A stretch of 64,000 nucleotides of DNA, taken from assembly GCA_040220235.1 (NCBI GenBank), contig JAVJTO010000168.1. The stretch is one strand, 5' to 3'. This document shows positions 19,428 through 30,831 of the stretch, piece by piece. Every line of letters begins with the position of its first letter. Within the stretch, counting starts at the first letter, position 1. Below the pieces are notes generated by a model. The model did not search any database. It was given only the letters and a program-made list of their open reading frames with translations, and was not told where the DNA came from. The translations under genes and the position numbers were made by a program. This stretch comes from Coleofasciculus sp. B1-GNL1-01 (lineage in GTDB: Bacteria > Cyanobacteriota > Cyanobacteriia > Cyanobacteriales > Coleofasciculaceae).

Positions 19428-21011
19428 ATGTCTAAAGTACTTGTATCCGATCCCATCGATCAAGCTGGAATTGATATCCTCTCCCAAGTGGCTCAGGTTG
19501 ACGTGAAAACCACTCTATCGCCTGAGCAACTCGTTGACATCATCCCTGACTATGATGCCATGATGATTCGCTCTGGCACTCGTGTGACCAAAGAAATCAT
19601 CGAAGCGGGTAAACAACTCAAGATTATTGGACGTGCGGGAGTTGGCGTTGATAACGTTGATGTCCCCGCCGCTACCCGTCAGGGTATTGTCGTGGTTAAC
19701 TCCCCCGAAGGCAATACTATTGCAGCGGCTGAACACGCTTTAGCGATGATGCTGTCTCTATCACGTCATATCCCAGAAGCCAATCAGTCGGTGAAAAATA
19801 GTCAATGGGATCGCAAGCGCTTTCTCGGTGCCGAGGTTTACAAAAAAACTATCGGTATTGTAGGCTTGGGTAAAATTGGCTCCCATGTGGCGACCGTTGC
19901 CCGTTCTATGGGGATGAAGTTACTCGCGTATGATCCCTTTATTTCCTTGGAACGTGCGGATCAGCTTGGCTGTCGTCTGGTGGATATGGATTTGTTGTTT
20001 CGGGAGGCAGATTACATCACCCTACATATTCCCAAAACCCCGGAAACCACGCATCTGATTAATGCTGAAGCCTTGGCGAAAATGAAACCGACGGCTCGAA
20101 TTATCAATTGCTCTAGAGGTGGAGTCATTGATGAGGCGGCACTTTCGGAAGCGTTAAAGGCAGGTAAAATAGCTGGGGCAGCACTGGATGTATTTGAGTC
20201 AGAACCCCTGGGAGAATCTCCCCTACGTGAACTGGGTAAGGAAGTGATCCTTACGCCTCACCTGGGTGCGTCAACCGCAGAAGCCCAAGTTAATGTTGCC
20301 ATTGATGTGGCTGAACAAATTCGCGATGTCCTCTTAGGATTACCGGCTCGTTCAGCCGTGAATATTCCCGGACTATCGTCGAATGTGCTAGAACAGCTCA
20401 AACCCTACATGCGGTTGGCAGAAACCCTGGGTAATTTGGTCAGTCAGTTAGCAGGTGGGCGAATTGAACAGCTAAATGTCCGGTTACAAGGGGAGTTAGC
20501 CACGAATAATAGTCAGCCATTAGTTGTCGCCTCCCTCAAAGGATTACTATCTCAAGCCTTGCGTGAGCGGGTCAACTACGTCAATGCTTCAATTGAGGCA
20601 AAAGAACGGGGGATTCGAGTCATTGAAACCCGCGATGCTTCGGTTCAGGATTATTCGGGCGGTTCGCTGCTGCTATCGGCAAAGGGTTCCTTGGGTGAAC
20701 ATTCGGTGACGGGAGCGCTACTCAGCGATGGTGAAATTCACATCACCAGTATTGACGAATTTCCGATTAATGTACCACCGAGTCACCACATGCTCTTTAC
20801 CCTGCACCGCGATATGCCGGGAATTATTGGTAAAATTGGGTCGCTACTGGGTAGTTTTAATGTCAATATTGCCAGTATGCAGGTCGGTCGCAAAATTGTG
20901 CGAGGGGATGCTGTAATGGTCTTGAGCATTGATGATCCCCTACCGGAAGGAATTTTGACCGAAATTACCAAAGTTCCTGGTATTCGGGACGCTTATACGG
21001 TAACACTGTAG
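19428..21011 (+). CDS. serA: D-3-phosphoglycerate dehydrogenase
   Basis: GRAGVGVDN, GLGKIG, TPHLGAST, C-terminal ACT domain. Confidence 0.97.
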   Translation: MSKVLVSDPIDQAGIDILSQVAQVDVKTTLSPEQLVDIIPDYDAMMIRSGTRVTKEIIEAGKQLKIIGRAGVGVDNVDVPAATRQGIVVVNSPEGNTIAAAEHALAMMLSLSRHIPEANQSVKNSQWDRKRFLGAEVYKKTIGIVGLGKIGSHVATVARSMGMKLLAYDPFISLERADQLGCRLVDMDLLFREADYITLHIPKTPETTHLINAEALAKMKPTARIINCSRGGVIDEAALSEALKAGKIAGAALDVFESEPLGESPLRELGKEVILTPHLGASTAEAQVNVAIDVAEQIRDVLLGLPARSAVNIPGLSSNVLEQLKPYMRLAETLGNLVSQLAGGRIEQLNVRLQGELATNNSQPLVVASLKGLLSQALRERVNYVNASIEAKERGIRVIETRDASVQDYSGGSLLLSAKGSLGEHSVTGALLSDGEIHITSIDEFPINVPPSHHMLFTLHRDMPGIIGKIGSLLGSFNVNIASMQVGRKIVRGDAVMVLSIDDPLPEGILTEITKVPGIRDAYTVTL

Positions 21012-21142
21012 TCACGTCAATTTTGGATTTTGGGTTTTGGATTTTGGATGACTCAGACGGTAGAACAGCGATCCTGCGGTCTCTGTTGGTTTCCAACGAC
21101 TCTCCCTCAATCTAAAATCTGAAATCTAAAATCTGAAATCGT

Positions 21143-22033
21143 ATGGCAAATAGCTGGTGGGAAATTAAAATTTTGGGCGATCCAGCCTTGGAGGATTTAA
21201 TCTTCTGGCGACTGGATACTTTCGGCTGTCGGGGAATGTCTTGTGAAAGCAAAGGACACTCTCAATTGATCCGAGCGCACTTACCCCAAAATCAGGCACA
21301 TTTGTTGGATTTGGCAGCACTTTCTTTATGGTTGCGTCAAGATGCGCTGACGGTAGGATTGCCACTCCCCTTAACCCAGTGGCACTTAATTGATGAAGAA
21401 GACTGGGCAAGTAGTTGGAAACAGCATTGGCAACCCACAGAAATTGGCGATTGCTTTTTGATTTACCCGGCTTGGTTATCTGTACCCCAACAAACCGATC
21501 GCCTGCTGTTGCGTCTCGATCCGGGTGCAGCATTTGGTACGGGAACCCATCCCACCACGCATCTGTGCCTAGAAGCCCTGGAAATGCGAATTGGTTATGA
21601 TAATAGCCACCCCATTATTGCGGATATTGGGTGTGGATCGGGTATTTTATCCATTGCCTCTGTGTTATTGGGGGCAAAAAAAGTCTTGGGGGTAGATATT
21701 GATCCCCTAGCAGTGCGCTCTGCCCGCAGTAACCGAGAATTGAATCAGATTAGTGCCGATCGCTTTGTGGTGAAGAAAGGTAGTGTTGAGCTATTATCTC
21801 ATCTTTTGGGGGAGAAAAAGGTTGATGGTATTCTCTGCAATATCCTGGCAGAAGTGATTATTGACCTGATTCCTGGAATCAGTGCGATCGCCAGTCCCCA
21901 CAGTTGGGGAATTATTAGCGGAATATTGTTGGATCAGGCTAAACCTATTGCTGATACCCTAGAACAACATAACTGGACAGTAGCGACTCTCTGGAAACGC
22001 CAAGAGTGGTGTTGTTTTAATATTCGACGATAG
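21143..22033 (+). CDS. prmA: Ribosomal protein L11 methyltransferase
   Basis: [30 protein letters not shown]. Confidence 0.96.
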   Translation: MANSWWEIKILGDPALEDLIFWRLDTFGCRGMSCESKGHSQLIRAHLPQNQAHLLDLAALSLWLRQDALTVGLPLPLTQWHLIDEEDWASSWKQHWQPTEIGDCFLIYPAWLSVPQQTDRLLLRLDPGAAFGTGTHPTTHLCLEALEMRIGYDNSHPIIADIGCGSGILSIASVLLGAKKVLGVDIDPLAVRSARSNRELNQISADRFVVKKGSVELLSHLLGEKKVDGILCNILAEVIIDLIPGISAIASPHSWGIISGILLDQAKPIADTLEQHNWTVATLWKRQEWCCFNIRR

Positions 22034-22110
22034 ATGATTAGGAGTGCTGCATCATCAATACCTACAGTAGAACGCCTATAATTGACCCGTTCAGCGTAAA
22101 TGAATTTTCT

Positions 22111-22563
22111 ATGATGAATGCCTTTGCCGCTCGTTTTGGCTTTGCTCTGCTTGTTCCTACAACCTTTTTGACAGTGGGCTTAACGGCGGCGGCTGTGAGA
22201 GCGCAAAATCAACTGTATAATCCGATTCCGATTCCTGAGCGTAATCAAGTTTCTGATACCCTCACTGACCAAGATATTCCCACGGGAGAGGGGGGGTTTG
22301 CCCGGGACTACACGATAGAATTGAGTGCTGGCGATCAAGTGGCTATTGATTTAATTTCAGATAGCTTCGATACAATTGTTACGCTCCTAGCCTCTGATGG
22401 CTCGACGATTGCCGAAAATGATGATGGTCCCGATGGTACGACGAATTCGTTGCTATTTTCCCGGATTACTGAAACCGGAACCTATATTATTCGGGTGCGT
22501 GCTTTTGGAGAAACGGGAGGGGGTCCTTTTACCTTGAAGGTGACACGTTTGCGACCAATTTGA
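22111..22563 (+). CDS. Secreted PPC (pre-peptidase C-terminal) domain protein
   Basis: Signal peptide, FDT.VTL, ENDD, GTYIIRV. Confidence 0.8.
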   Translation: MMNAFAARFGFALLVPTTFLTVGLTAAAVRAQNQLYNPIPIPERNQVSDTLTDQDIPTGEGGFARDYTIELSAGDQVAIDLISDSFDTIVTLLASDGSTIAENDDGPDGTTNSLLFSRITETGTYIIRVRAFGETGGGPFTLKVTRLRPI

Positions 22564-22633
22564 ATTATGAAATGCTAGAGGTTCAAATCCTTGACTGAAT
22601 TATAGAGACGCGCCATGGCGTGTCTCTACAAGG

Positions 22634-23266
22634 TTATTGACAAAAATCACGAATTGACTGCCAAATTTCGGCTTTTACGCCACTTAACGAATGATCACTA
22701 TTGAGTGGAATAATCTGCACCCAAGACCGTTCCTTGGCATAGATTAGGCTTTCATTAATGGGAATCACGTCATCATGCTGCCCATGCAAAATCAGAGTAG
22801 GAAGAGGTCGTTTCAATCGGTGAGTTTGTTCATACTAACGGATATCTTCCACAAATTTATAAGAAAGGGGTAGTTCTTTCTGTTCGCCATAGTGATAAAT
22901 AGGACGATATCCTTCAACTTGCCATTGATGCCGTGTTTCTTCTCCCAGAGTAGATAGCCAATGAGAGAGAAATCCAAAGGCTGGCGCTAGCAGAATCAAC
23001 CTCTGGATAAACGTGTGATATTCCCCTAACCAAGCCGCCGTAAGTCCGCCTAAACTCGAACCGATTACTGTGATTGGGGTGGGCGTTGACAAACACTCCG
23101 CCTGAATTTGCTGAATCTGACGGGTAAGTGTCAGATGAGAAAAGTCACCCTGGTTCAAATCGGGAACTAACAGAGACACTCCTAACTCCGCAAAGCGATC
23201 GCGTAAATAAACAGCCTTTGCTGATCCCGGACTGGACGCCAAACCGTGTAAGTAAATATACCTCAA
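22634..23266 (-). pseudogene. YqiA/YcfP esterase interrupted by an in-frame TAG
   Basis: YLHGLASSP, GSSLGG; stop at 22835-22837; same frame continues YEQTHRLKRPLPTLILHG..DD...DH. Confidence 0.85.
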
Positions 23267-23622
23267 AACTATTTTCCCCTACGGCTTCTCATTTACCAAT
23301 ACCGCTTTGAAACCTTTAAAACGTGTACTTATGTTAAATAAAATTAAGACATATTGCTTTTTCTCATAAACTTAACGAAAAGTTTGATATGTTCATAATC
23401 TATCCTCAAAATAAACACCGAAAACATGAAAGTTTCACAAAGTTCAAAACATTTAGGTCAATCGGTCGCTCTAGGCATCCTCCTAGTCCTCACGACTTTG
23501 AGCATTTTTATCTTGATGATGATGCAGACTGGAGTTTAGTGGTGATGTATCACTGAGAACTTAGCACCAATACAGTAGGGGCACGACATGTCGTGCCCCT
23601 ACTGGTTGATTGAGATTTGTCA

Positions 23623-24333
23623 TCACAAACGCCGTAGCAAGTTTGAACCATGGGTATCTGTACCACAAGTATTGAACAAATTATAGGTGGCACTTAACTG
23701 TTTCACTTGCTGAGTTTGCCTAGGGCTGGGATGCCAAGGATTCGGGTTAGCGTAAGCGTAATAGGTTTCTACACCATCAATTCCCAAGCTAGCAGCAGCG
23801 GGAATCAATTCTTGGGCTGAACGCCGCCGATAACGGCACGGATGAGCCAGCACTGCTAATCCACCCGCCTGATGCAAAACATCGATGACAGTTGCGGCTT
23901 CAGCCTGCTGATGTTTGGGGGCTTTGCCTTGGAGATAAGACTTTAACCTGAAATGATTGGGATCAAATGCATAGCCCAAGATATGAACATCCGTATTCAA
24001 TAAGCGAGCGTTGATTTCTACGCCAGTCCAGAGGTGAGGAATTGCCTGAGTGGGTAAAGCGTCTTGGAGGGAATCTAGACAGGTTTTAGCGATTTGATAG
24101 CCCTCGATTGTGTGATGATCGGTGATAGCAAACCCTTTCAGACCAATGGAAACAGCTTGTTCAATTAACGTTTGGGGATGAAGCTGACCATCAGACGCCT
24201 TGGTATGACAATGGAAATTGTAGGAACGAGGACAACTATCGGGACCCAAGGTTTGCCAGACCTGCCGGAGAGCGTGTTGATCTTGTTCTGCTATTGGGGA
24301 TGATACTAAAACTGGAGCCATTTTAACCACCAT
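23623..24333 (-). CDS. PHP domain metal-dependent phosphoesterase
   Basis: HCHT.ASDG, ITDHH, GVE, LAHP, GTDTHG. Confidence 0.9.
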   Translation of the reverse strand: MVVKMAPVLVSSPIAEQDQHALRQVWQTLGPDSCPRSYNFHCHTKASDGQLHPQTLIEQAVSIGLKGFAITDHHTIEGYQIAKTCLDSLQDALPTQAIPHLWTGVEINARLLNTDVHILGYAFDPNHFRLKSYLQGKAPKHQQAEAATVIDVLHQAGGLAVLAHPCRYRRRSAQELIPAAASLGIDGVETYYAYANPNPWHPSPRQTQQVKQLSATYNLFNTCGTDTHGSNLLRRL

Positions 24334-24730
24334 ATTTGCTGATATTATTAATAGATGAGTCTAATGAATGAGAGGCTCTCCTCAACTGCTCAAGCTAGTG
24401 AGCTTGCCCAGATATATGTCCTAATCATTTCAAATTGTTAACACTAGCTTAGCAAAACTTAGTAGTCATCGTCTGTAAAAACCCTGTAAAGCGGTCTCAT
24501 TTACCATTGGTACTTTCTCGCGTTAGCATAACGTTCGCTAATCTTCCCGCTTTTCCCAGAGGTAGCCCGCTACGAACCGTCTGCCATCTGCCTGTACTAG
24601 GAGAATCCCCCATCTAAACCGGAGGAGTTAGAGGGGGATAACGGACGGTTGGACTTGAACCGTTTAAATAACAGGCTAAGAGAATCAAGTTTTTGCGTTC
24701 GACCTCCTCCACATTCAACTGTTGCACTCC

Positions 24731-25987
24731 TTACTTGGCTAGAGTTCCATCAGAATTGCGCGTTTTCCATGCATATTCTAGTAACTTTGTCCAGCGCTTT
24801 TGTAATTGTTTGGGTGTACACTTGAGGGCTTTAGCAATTTCAGCATCGCTCTTGTGGGCTTGTTTAAGAGACAGGAGTTGCTGTTGTTGCTGATCAAGTG
24901 TAGCCAAAAAGGTGTCCCATTGGTCAGAGGTCATGCCTAATTTTTGGTCTAAATCGGCTCCTAGCCATTGGTGTACCAGTTTCCAGTGGGATGACCGGGC
25001 GAATTTTTCGACATGGTACTTAAAGCGCTGTTGCAGGTAGTCCCGTTGGCGGGGGGTTAGCCCTAAAATCTCATCGATTTCCGGTGCGGCGAGGTCTTGT
25101 AACTTTAAGACCAAGTAATCCGCGCAGTCAGAGTGACCTTGTTGCTCAAGATAATTAATCAGTTCACCAACCACGCGATCGCGCAATACTGATTCACTGG
25201 GATCAGTGGTTTGAGCGACTAGGTGCGCCCGTACTTGTTGCATCGCCGGGGAGCGGCTTAACTCTTGGGCTTCTTCACCCTTGGCATATTCTACCGCTTG
25301 CTCAATATCCAGAGCGGTTTCATTGGGTTGGCGTCTGGCAAAGCTTTGCGCTCTTAGGACGATAAGCTGTTGACTACAACGGTTCGGTAAGGTGATGCGC
25401 CGCTTGGCATACTGTTCCGTAAATGCCATATACTCTGCCAGTTCGATTTGAGTGCGAGGTGTGTAGTCTACATCCACCTCATTTTCCCGACGAAATGCTT
25501 TTAAGGACTCAGCATAAAAGTCTTGTAAAAAGTCCTCAATCAGATTATAACGAGCCGAGAATTTTAACTGGGATTGAGGTTGGGCAACATGGCGATAAAC
25601 CATGGCACTTAATGTGCTGTGTAAATCAACCCGCCCTTGTTTAGACCCCAATTTATAGTAGCCTAAACACTTATGTAAGCGGTGACGGATTAACGTAATT
25701 TGCCAGGAACGAACTTGACCCGAAGTTTGAATGCGATCGCTCTTGCGGCAAATTCGTTGTACCTCCTGCACCATGCGTTTTGCCACAACTTGAGCGCGAC
25801 TGGGTAGGCGTTTGGGCTGAGAAGTCAAACCACCGTTGGTTTCTAAAGCTTTGGAACCATAGAGTGCCGACCGCATTTCCTCTAGCAACAGATCAATTAA
25901 ACTTTGAGTGTCTGTGCCGAAAACTTCCGGATTCTCTAGGTGGTTTGGGGAAGGTTGAGTGATAGATTTGACAGTTTTAACGTTCAT
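24731..25987 (-). CDS. HetZ-related DNA-binding protein
   Basis: EVQRIC..S.RIQ, YYKLGS.QGR, LAEYMAFTEQYAKRRI, GLTPRQRDYLQQRFKYH. Confidence 0.8.
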   Translation of the reverse strand: MNVKTVKSITQPSPNHLENPEVFGTDTQSLIDLLLEEMRSALYGSKALETNGGLTSQPKRLPSRAQVVAKRMVQEVQRICRKSDRIQTSGQVRSWQITLIRHRLHKCLGYYKLGSKQGRVDLHSTLSAMVYRHVAQPQSQLKFSARYNLIEDFLQDFYAESLKAFRRENEVDVDYTPRTQIELAEYMAFTEQYAKRRITLPNRCSQQLIVLRAQSFARRQPNETALDIEQAVEYAKGEEAQELSRSPAMQQVRAHLVAQTTDPSESVLRDRVVGELINYLEQQGHSDCADYLVLKLQDLAAPEIDEILGLTPRQRDYLQQRFKYHVEKFARSSHWKLVHQWLGADLDQKLGMTSDQWDTFLATLDQQQQQLLSLKQAHKSDAEIAKALKCTPKQLQKRWTKLLEYAWKTRNSDGTLAK

Positions 25988-26405
25988 GGTATTGCCCCTA
26001 AAGACTACAGTTACGAATTACCAAGACATCAGCAGAGGAACGAGTGGTTATTCGGAATAAATGCTCTGTTGCTGTCCACAATTTGAATGTAAAACGTTAT
26101 GCCTAGTCTTTGGTTGAGTGGTGTGTCACTAAACGAGAGATCACGAGTACACGGCAGACACCCTCGCCTATTTAGGGACTATGCTTATGGCTGCTAACCC
26201 TTGCTACACCTGCATTTAGGCAATTGGCAAGGGGTTAGTATTTCCACGGCTTTAATATTGAGTGAGAGTAGACAATTCACAAACTGGGTTTATTTCTGGA
26301 CATTCATCCGAAATCCCCCGCCTGTCTCCTGTAGTCCGAATGCTGATTAGCGAAAGCCGAACTGGATTGGGTTTGACTCTAACGGGTTACACCGATGGGT
26401 CAACC

Positions 26406-27071
26406 CTATTCCCAACTCTGGTCAGCGGGTACAGCCCACGTCATGGCGGCTTCTGCTCCCAAACCTTTCCGCAGGATTGTTGGTTCATCCCCGGTCATAT
26501 CCAGAATGGTGGATACCTGGAAACCGGGTTTCGAGCCATCATCGACAATAATGTCCACTAAACCCTCAAACTGATCAAAGAGTCTGGCGGTTTCCAGTCC
26601 CACGGTGGGGAAGTTTCCCATCTCATCAGGTAAATGAGCCGACGTGGAAATTACAGGATTACCTAGCGCTTCGAGTATGGCTTGACAAACCGGATGATCC
26701 GGAACTCGGATACCACTGGTTTTACGCTTAGGACTCATCACTAATCGAGGTACTAACTTAGTTGCGGGTAACAAAAAGGTATAGGGTCCAGGAATCAGAC
26801 GCTTCATAATCCGATAAGCTGGGTCACTGACCCAAGCATATTGAGAGATGTTGGATAACGAGGAACACAAAAACGTTAAGGGCTTCTCATTCGAGAGTTG
26901 CTTTAAACGCCTGACCCGTTCCACAGCCGATTTGACATTCAAGTCGCAACCAATGGCATAAACGGTATCTGTGGGATATAACATCACCGCACCGTCTTGC
27001 AGGTTGTCCCTTATTTTCTCTATTCGGCGTATTTGAGGCGTGTCCGGATGGATGGTGTAAATCGTTGCCAT
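26406..27071 (-). CDS. Sua5/YciO/YrdC family protein
   Basis: YPTDTVYAIGC, PGPYTF, GIRVP, STSA. Confidence 0.92.
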   Translation of the reverse strand: MATIYTIHPDTPQIRRIEKIRDNLQDGAVMLYPTDTVYAIGCDLNVKSAVERVRRLKQLSNEKPLTFLCSSLSNISQYAWVSDPAYRIMKRLIPGPYTFLLPATKLVPRLVMSPKRKTSGIRVPDHPVCQAILEALGNPVISTSAHLPDEMGNFPTVGLETARLFDQFEGLVDIIVDDGSKPGFQVSTILDMTGDEPTILRKGLGAEAAMTWAVPADQSWE

Positions 27072-27184
27072 AAATCGTTCTAAATGATTGCAATGGTTAG
27101 ATGATCTTATAAAAACCTAAACCCTACGACCTTAAGTGGGTACAATATGGAGTCGGCATTTGAAAACGCAGGTGCAGTTAGCCA

Positions 27185-27922
27185 GTGAAGCTATTTATTT
27201 ACCACACCCCCGAACTTACCCCAACTGATACGACGCCAGACTGTGCGATCGCGGTTGATGTGCTACGAGCGACAACCACTATTGCTACAGCTTTGCACGC
27301 AGGTGCTGAAGCGGTGCAAGCCTTCAGCGATATTAATCAGTTAATGCAAGTGAGTGAACAATGGCTCCCAGAAAAACGCCTTCGCGCCGGAGAACGGGGC
27401 GGATCAAAAGTCGCGGGTTGTGATTTAGGCAATTCTCCCCTCGACTGCACGCCAGAGCGGGTTCAGGGACGCCGTTTGTTTATTACGACCACGAATGGCA
27501 CTCGCGCCTTACAACGGGTGCAGAACGCTCCTGTGGTGCTAGCCGCCGCTATGGTGAATCGTCAGACGGTTGTCAAATATTTGCTGGAGCAAAAGCCGGA
27601 AACCGTTTGGTTAGTCGGTTCTGGCTGGGAAGGGTCTTATTCCCTTGAAGATACCGTCTGTGCTGGTGCGATCGCCGATAGCCTGATTTCTCAAACCGAT
27701 CACTCCCTTAGTGATATCGCGGGTAATGATGAAGTGATTGGCGCTCTTGCCCTTTATACTCAGTGGAAAGACAAGATGTTAGAAATGTTTCACCATGCCA
27801 GTCATGGTCAACGCCTACTGCGGTTAAATGGTCATGAGGATTTAAAGTATTGCGCTCAAGCGGATAGTTTAGATGTTTTACCGATTCAGAAAGAACCTGG
27901 AGTTTTAGTTAGAAAATTCTGA
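27185..27922 (+). CDS. comB: 2-phosphosulfolactate phosphatase family
   Basis: [29 protein letters not shown]. Confidence 0.9.
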   Translation: MKLFIYHTPELTPTDTTPDCAIAVDVLRATTTIATALHAGAEAVQAFSDINQLMQVSEQWLPEKRLRAGERGGSKVAGCDLGNSPLDCTPERVQGRRLFITTTNGTRALQRVQNAPVVLAAAMVNRQTVVKYLLEQKPETVWLVGSGWEGSYSLEDTVCAGAIADSLISQTDHSLSDIAGNDEVIGALALYTQWKDKMLEMFHHASHGQRLLRLNGHEDLKYCAQADSLDVLPIQKEPGVLVRKF

Positions 27923-27951
27923 GTGTTAGAAACCAGCCAAAGGGCAGAGGG

Positions 27952-28079
27952 TAAGCTGTTCGGCATTTCAACCTTAATGTTAATAATGGTGAAATCCTTG
28001 TAGTGCGTTTAGCGAAGCCATGCCGCAGGCTTTGCATCTTGCTCGCTACTAATCGCCAATTTAAATGCATAACAGCTTA
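27952..28079. mobile_element. MITE with TAAGCTGT...ACAGCTTA termini (128 bp)
   Basis: Inverted copies at 39415-39517 and 62187-62314; partial copy at 44526-44559. Confidence 0.85.
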
Positions 28080-28251
28080 GATAGGGAAGTTAATCAAAAC
28101 GTCAACACTCGGTCAGGGCGGGTTTATTCGCATCAGGGTCAATTCAGCAACAATAATCATGAAACCCGCCCCTACACATTCAATACTTCCCCATCTTCCC
28201 CATCTGACACACCGAGCGAAGTCGAGGTGTTCCCTCATCTCCCCCATCTTC

Positions 28252-29076
28252 CTACTGAATCGCACTAGCAATCAACCGCTCCCACGCCCAATCTGGTAAC
28301 AACCAATGGAGAAAAATATAGAGTTTGGCATCCATCGGTGTAGCATACCGCCGCTTGGGATGGCGACTATTCACCGCCTTGGACACCGCTTTAGCAACCA
28401 CATTAGGACTTGAGGCATTCTGGTAATCTTCTAACACCTTTGCCATGGGTTCAACCGTTGACTGGTACGCTGATCCCTGGGAATTCTCCCGTAACGTCTG
28501 AGCCGCAATACTTGACCATTCACTTTCAATCGCCCCCGGTTGCACCACCACCACGCGGATACCAAAGGGTTCGGTTTCCATCCGTAAGGCATCGGATAAT
28601 ACCTCAACCGCGTGTTTCGTGGCATGATACCAACCACCAATAGGCATCCAAATTCGTCCTCCCATGGAACTGATATTCACGATGGTGCCAGATTTTGCCG
28701 TCCGCATCGATGGTAGAACCAGTTGCGTCAGCCGCATTAAGCCAAACACATTCACATCAAACTGTCGCTTTGCTTCTTGGAGTGGCACATCTTCCAGCGC
28801 CCCGTAGGAACCATACCCCGCATTATTCACTAATGCATCAATCTGCCCTTCAGCCGTAAGTAGGGTTTGCACTGCCGTTGTCATACTGGCATCATCGGTC
28901 ACATCAAGGGGCAGAACTTTGGCTCCCATTGCTTCAATATCCGCCATTTTTTCCACTCGCCGCGCCGCACCATAGACGATCCAACCCTCTTTTAGAAGTT
29001 GCTGCACGATCGCTTTACCGATCCCAGACGAAGCGCCTGTTACCATCGCAACCTTTTTCTTTGAACCGCTAGACAT
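28252..29076 (-). CDS. Short-chain dehydrogenase/reductase
   Basis: TGASSGIG, NNAG, YHATK. Confidence 0.93.
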   Translation of the reverse strand: MSSGSKKKVAMVTGASSGIGKAIVQQLLKEGWIVYGAARRVEKMADIEAMGAKVLPLDVTDDASMTTAVQTLLTAEGQIDALVNNAGYGSYGALEDVPLQEAKRQFDVNVFGLMRLTQLVLPSMRTAKSGTIVNISSMGGRIWMPIGGWYHATKHAVEVLSDALRMETEPFGIRVVVVQPGAIESEWSSIAAQTLRENSQGSAYQSTVEPMAKVLEDYQNASSPNVVAKAVSKAVNSRHPKRRYATPMDAKLYIFLHWLLPDWAWERLIASAIQ

Positions 29077-29172
29077 AGGAGACTCCTATTGTAGGAACGA
29101 CAAAAGGACGTAGCTTGCTTCTCAAGGGCAGCGAGTATGACAAAGGACAAATGACATAAGACCAATGACCCC

Positions 29173-30177
29173 TTAAAACTGTTGCAAAAAGCGCAAATCA
29201 CTGGTATATAAACGGCGAATATCATCAATTTGGTGCATAACTAGAGCAAAACGTTCCGCGCCAAACCCCGCCGCAAACCCGGTATAAACTTCTGGATCAT
29301 AACCAACGGTTTTCAGCACATTGGGATCAACCATTCCACAGCCGCCCATCTCTAACCATTTCCCTCTCCACTTGACATCAACTTCCGCCGAGGGTTCGGT
29401 GAATGGGAAATAACTGGCGCGTAAGCGAACATCGACATCTTCACCAAATAATTCTTGGAAAAAGACTTTTAATGTCCCTTTGAGATCTCCAAATGTGATG
29501 TCCTCATCAACGGCTAAAATCTCAATTTGATGGAAAACAGCCGAATGTGTCGCATCAACAGTATCCCGGCGATAAACCCGCCCTGGGGCAATAATTCGGA
29601 TCGGGGGTTCGTTATTTTCCATGTAGCGAATCTGCACCGAAGAGGTATGGGTTCGCAGCAGGTTTCCATCGGGGAGATAGAAGGTATCCTGCATATCCCG
29701 CGCCGGATGGTCTTGGGGGGTATTTAATGCCTCAAAATTATAATAATCAGTCTCCATTTCGGGTCCCGTGGCGACGGTGTACCCTAGACCGACAAAAATA
29801 TCCAGCACTTGGTCGATAATGCTATTGAGGGGATGAATTCGACCTTGAGGGTTATATACCCCTGGCATGGTCACATCAAGGGTTTCGGCGGCTAGTTGTG
29901 CCTGAATTTGGGCGGCTTGTAACTCTTGGCGCTTGTTGTCTAGGGATTGTTGCAGGGCTTCTTTGACTTCATTAGCCAGCGCCCCAATTCGTGGTCTATC
30001 TTCGGCGGATAGCTTCCCCATCCCGCGCAAGATTTGGGATAACTGTCCTTTTTTCCCCAAGTAGTTGACGCGCAATTGTTCCAATTGATCCAGCGTATCG
30101 GTTTTGGCGATCGCAGGAGTGGCTTCTTGTTTGAGGGCGACTAATTGGGTTTCTAGCTCGTTGAGCGAAGTAGTCAT
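29173..30177 (-). CDS. pheS: Phenylalanine-tRNA ligase alpha subunit
   Basis: [29 protein letters not shown]; start taken at MTTSLNE. Confidence 0.98.
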   Translation of the reverse strand: MTTSLNELETQLVALKQEATPAIAKTDTLDQLEQLRVNYLGKKGQLSQILRGMGKLSAEDRPRIGALANEVKEALQQSLDNKRQELQAAQIQAQLAAETLDVTMPGVYNPQGRIHPLNSIIDQVLDIFVGLGYTVATGPEMETDYYNFEALNTPQDHPARDMQDTFYLPDGNLLRTHTSSVQIRYMENNEPPIRIIAPGRVYRRDTVDATHSAVFHQIEILAVDEDITFGDLKGTLKVFFQELFGEDVDVRLRASYFPFTEPSAEVDVKWRGKWLEMGGCGMVDPNVLKTVGYDPEVYTGFAAGFGAERFALVMHQIDDIRRLYTSDLRFLQQF

Positions 30178-30246
30178 GAATTCAGTCGTGATCAGGTTTG
30201 AGCGGTGCTTTGCTAGCAAAGGCTTTTCTTAGTTTACCGTTATCGG

Positions 30247-30483
30247 CTAACGGCGAGGGGGAAAGAAGACCTTATTATATTCCGCTAACGCCAGAATTAG
30301 GAGTGCGATCGCTAATATAACGGCTGTGGTGATCCCGCCGTACTGGACTAGGGTTGTGGGGTTGATTTGGGTTAGGGGTGTGGGTGTGAGGGTTTCGATG
30401 GTGTTGGTTTGGGGTTCTAGATTCGGTTGGGTTGGCGGGTTGGTGTTGATCATGGTGTTTATCTCGGTTATCGATATAACCAT
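30247..30483 (-). CDS. Small hypothetical membrane protein
   Basis: Thr/Pro-rich N-terminus plus one TM helix. Confidence 0.55.
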   Translation of the reverse strand: MVISITEINTMINTNPPTQPNLEPQTNTIETLTPTPLTQINPTTLVQYGGITTAVILAIALLILALAEYNKVFFPPRR

Positions 30484-30624
30484 GATGGCTTGGGTAACAG
30501 GTATTTTAGGTAGGCAGAAGTAGGGGACTTGGTAATGTTAGGGTTTGTAGGGAGATGTAGGATAATGTTTGTTATTCGTCATTTGTCCTTTGTCATTTGT
30601 CATTTGTCATTCGCCATTTAACCA

Positions 30625-30745
30625 CCTGTAGGGGCGACCCGCTTGCATTAATTAACAATACTAATCCATTCAATTAACTTGGGTCGCCCTCTTATAAGTT
30701 TGTCCTCAATGTTGAAGCGTTGATGGCGCTAAAGCGCAACTACAA
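30625..30745 (+). repeat. 121-bp direct repeat, left copy (GTAG REP composite)
   Basis: Near-identical to 31635-31755; partial copy at 1506-1545. Confidence 0.9.
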
Positions 30746-30831
30746 GCGCAACTACAAGCGCAATTACAAGCGCAGCTACGAACGAAACTGTCTTTTGGGA
30801 GTTATGATTGAAGTGAAATAGGGCAAGTTTT

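Noticed and set aside
15238..22837. Amber recoding suggested by two in-frame TAGs
   Set aside because: Core genes (serA, ilvC, rplS, rplK, rplL) end normally at TAG; both cases are single transitions; no suppressor tRNA seen
24645..24663. tRNA suggested by GGTTCAAGTCC on the minus strand
   Set aside because: No acceptor, D or anticodon arms can be built around it
28065..28268. 67-aa ORF
   Set aside because: Composed of MITE and REP sequence
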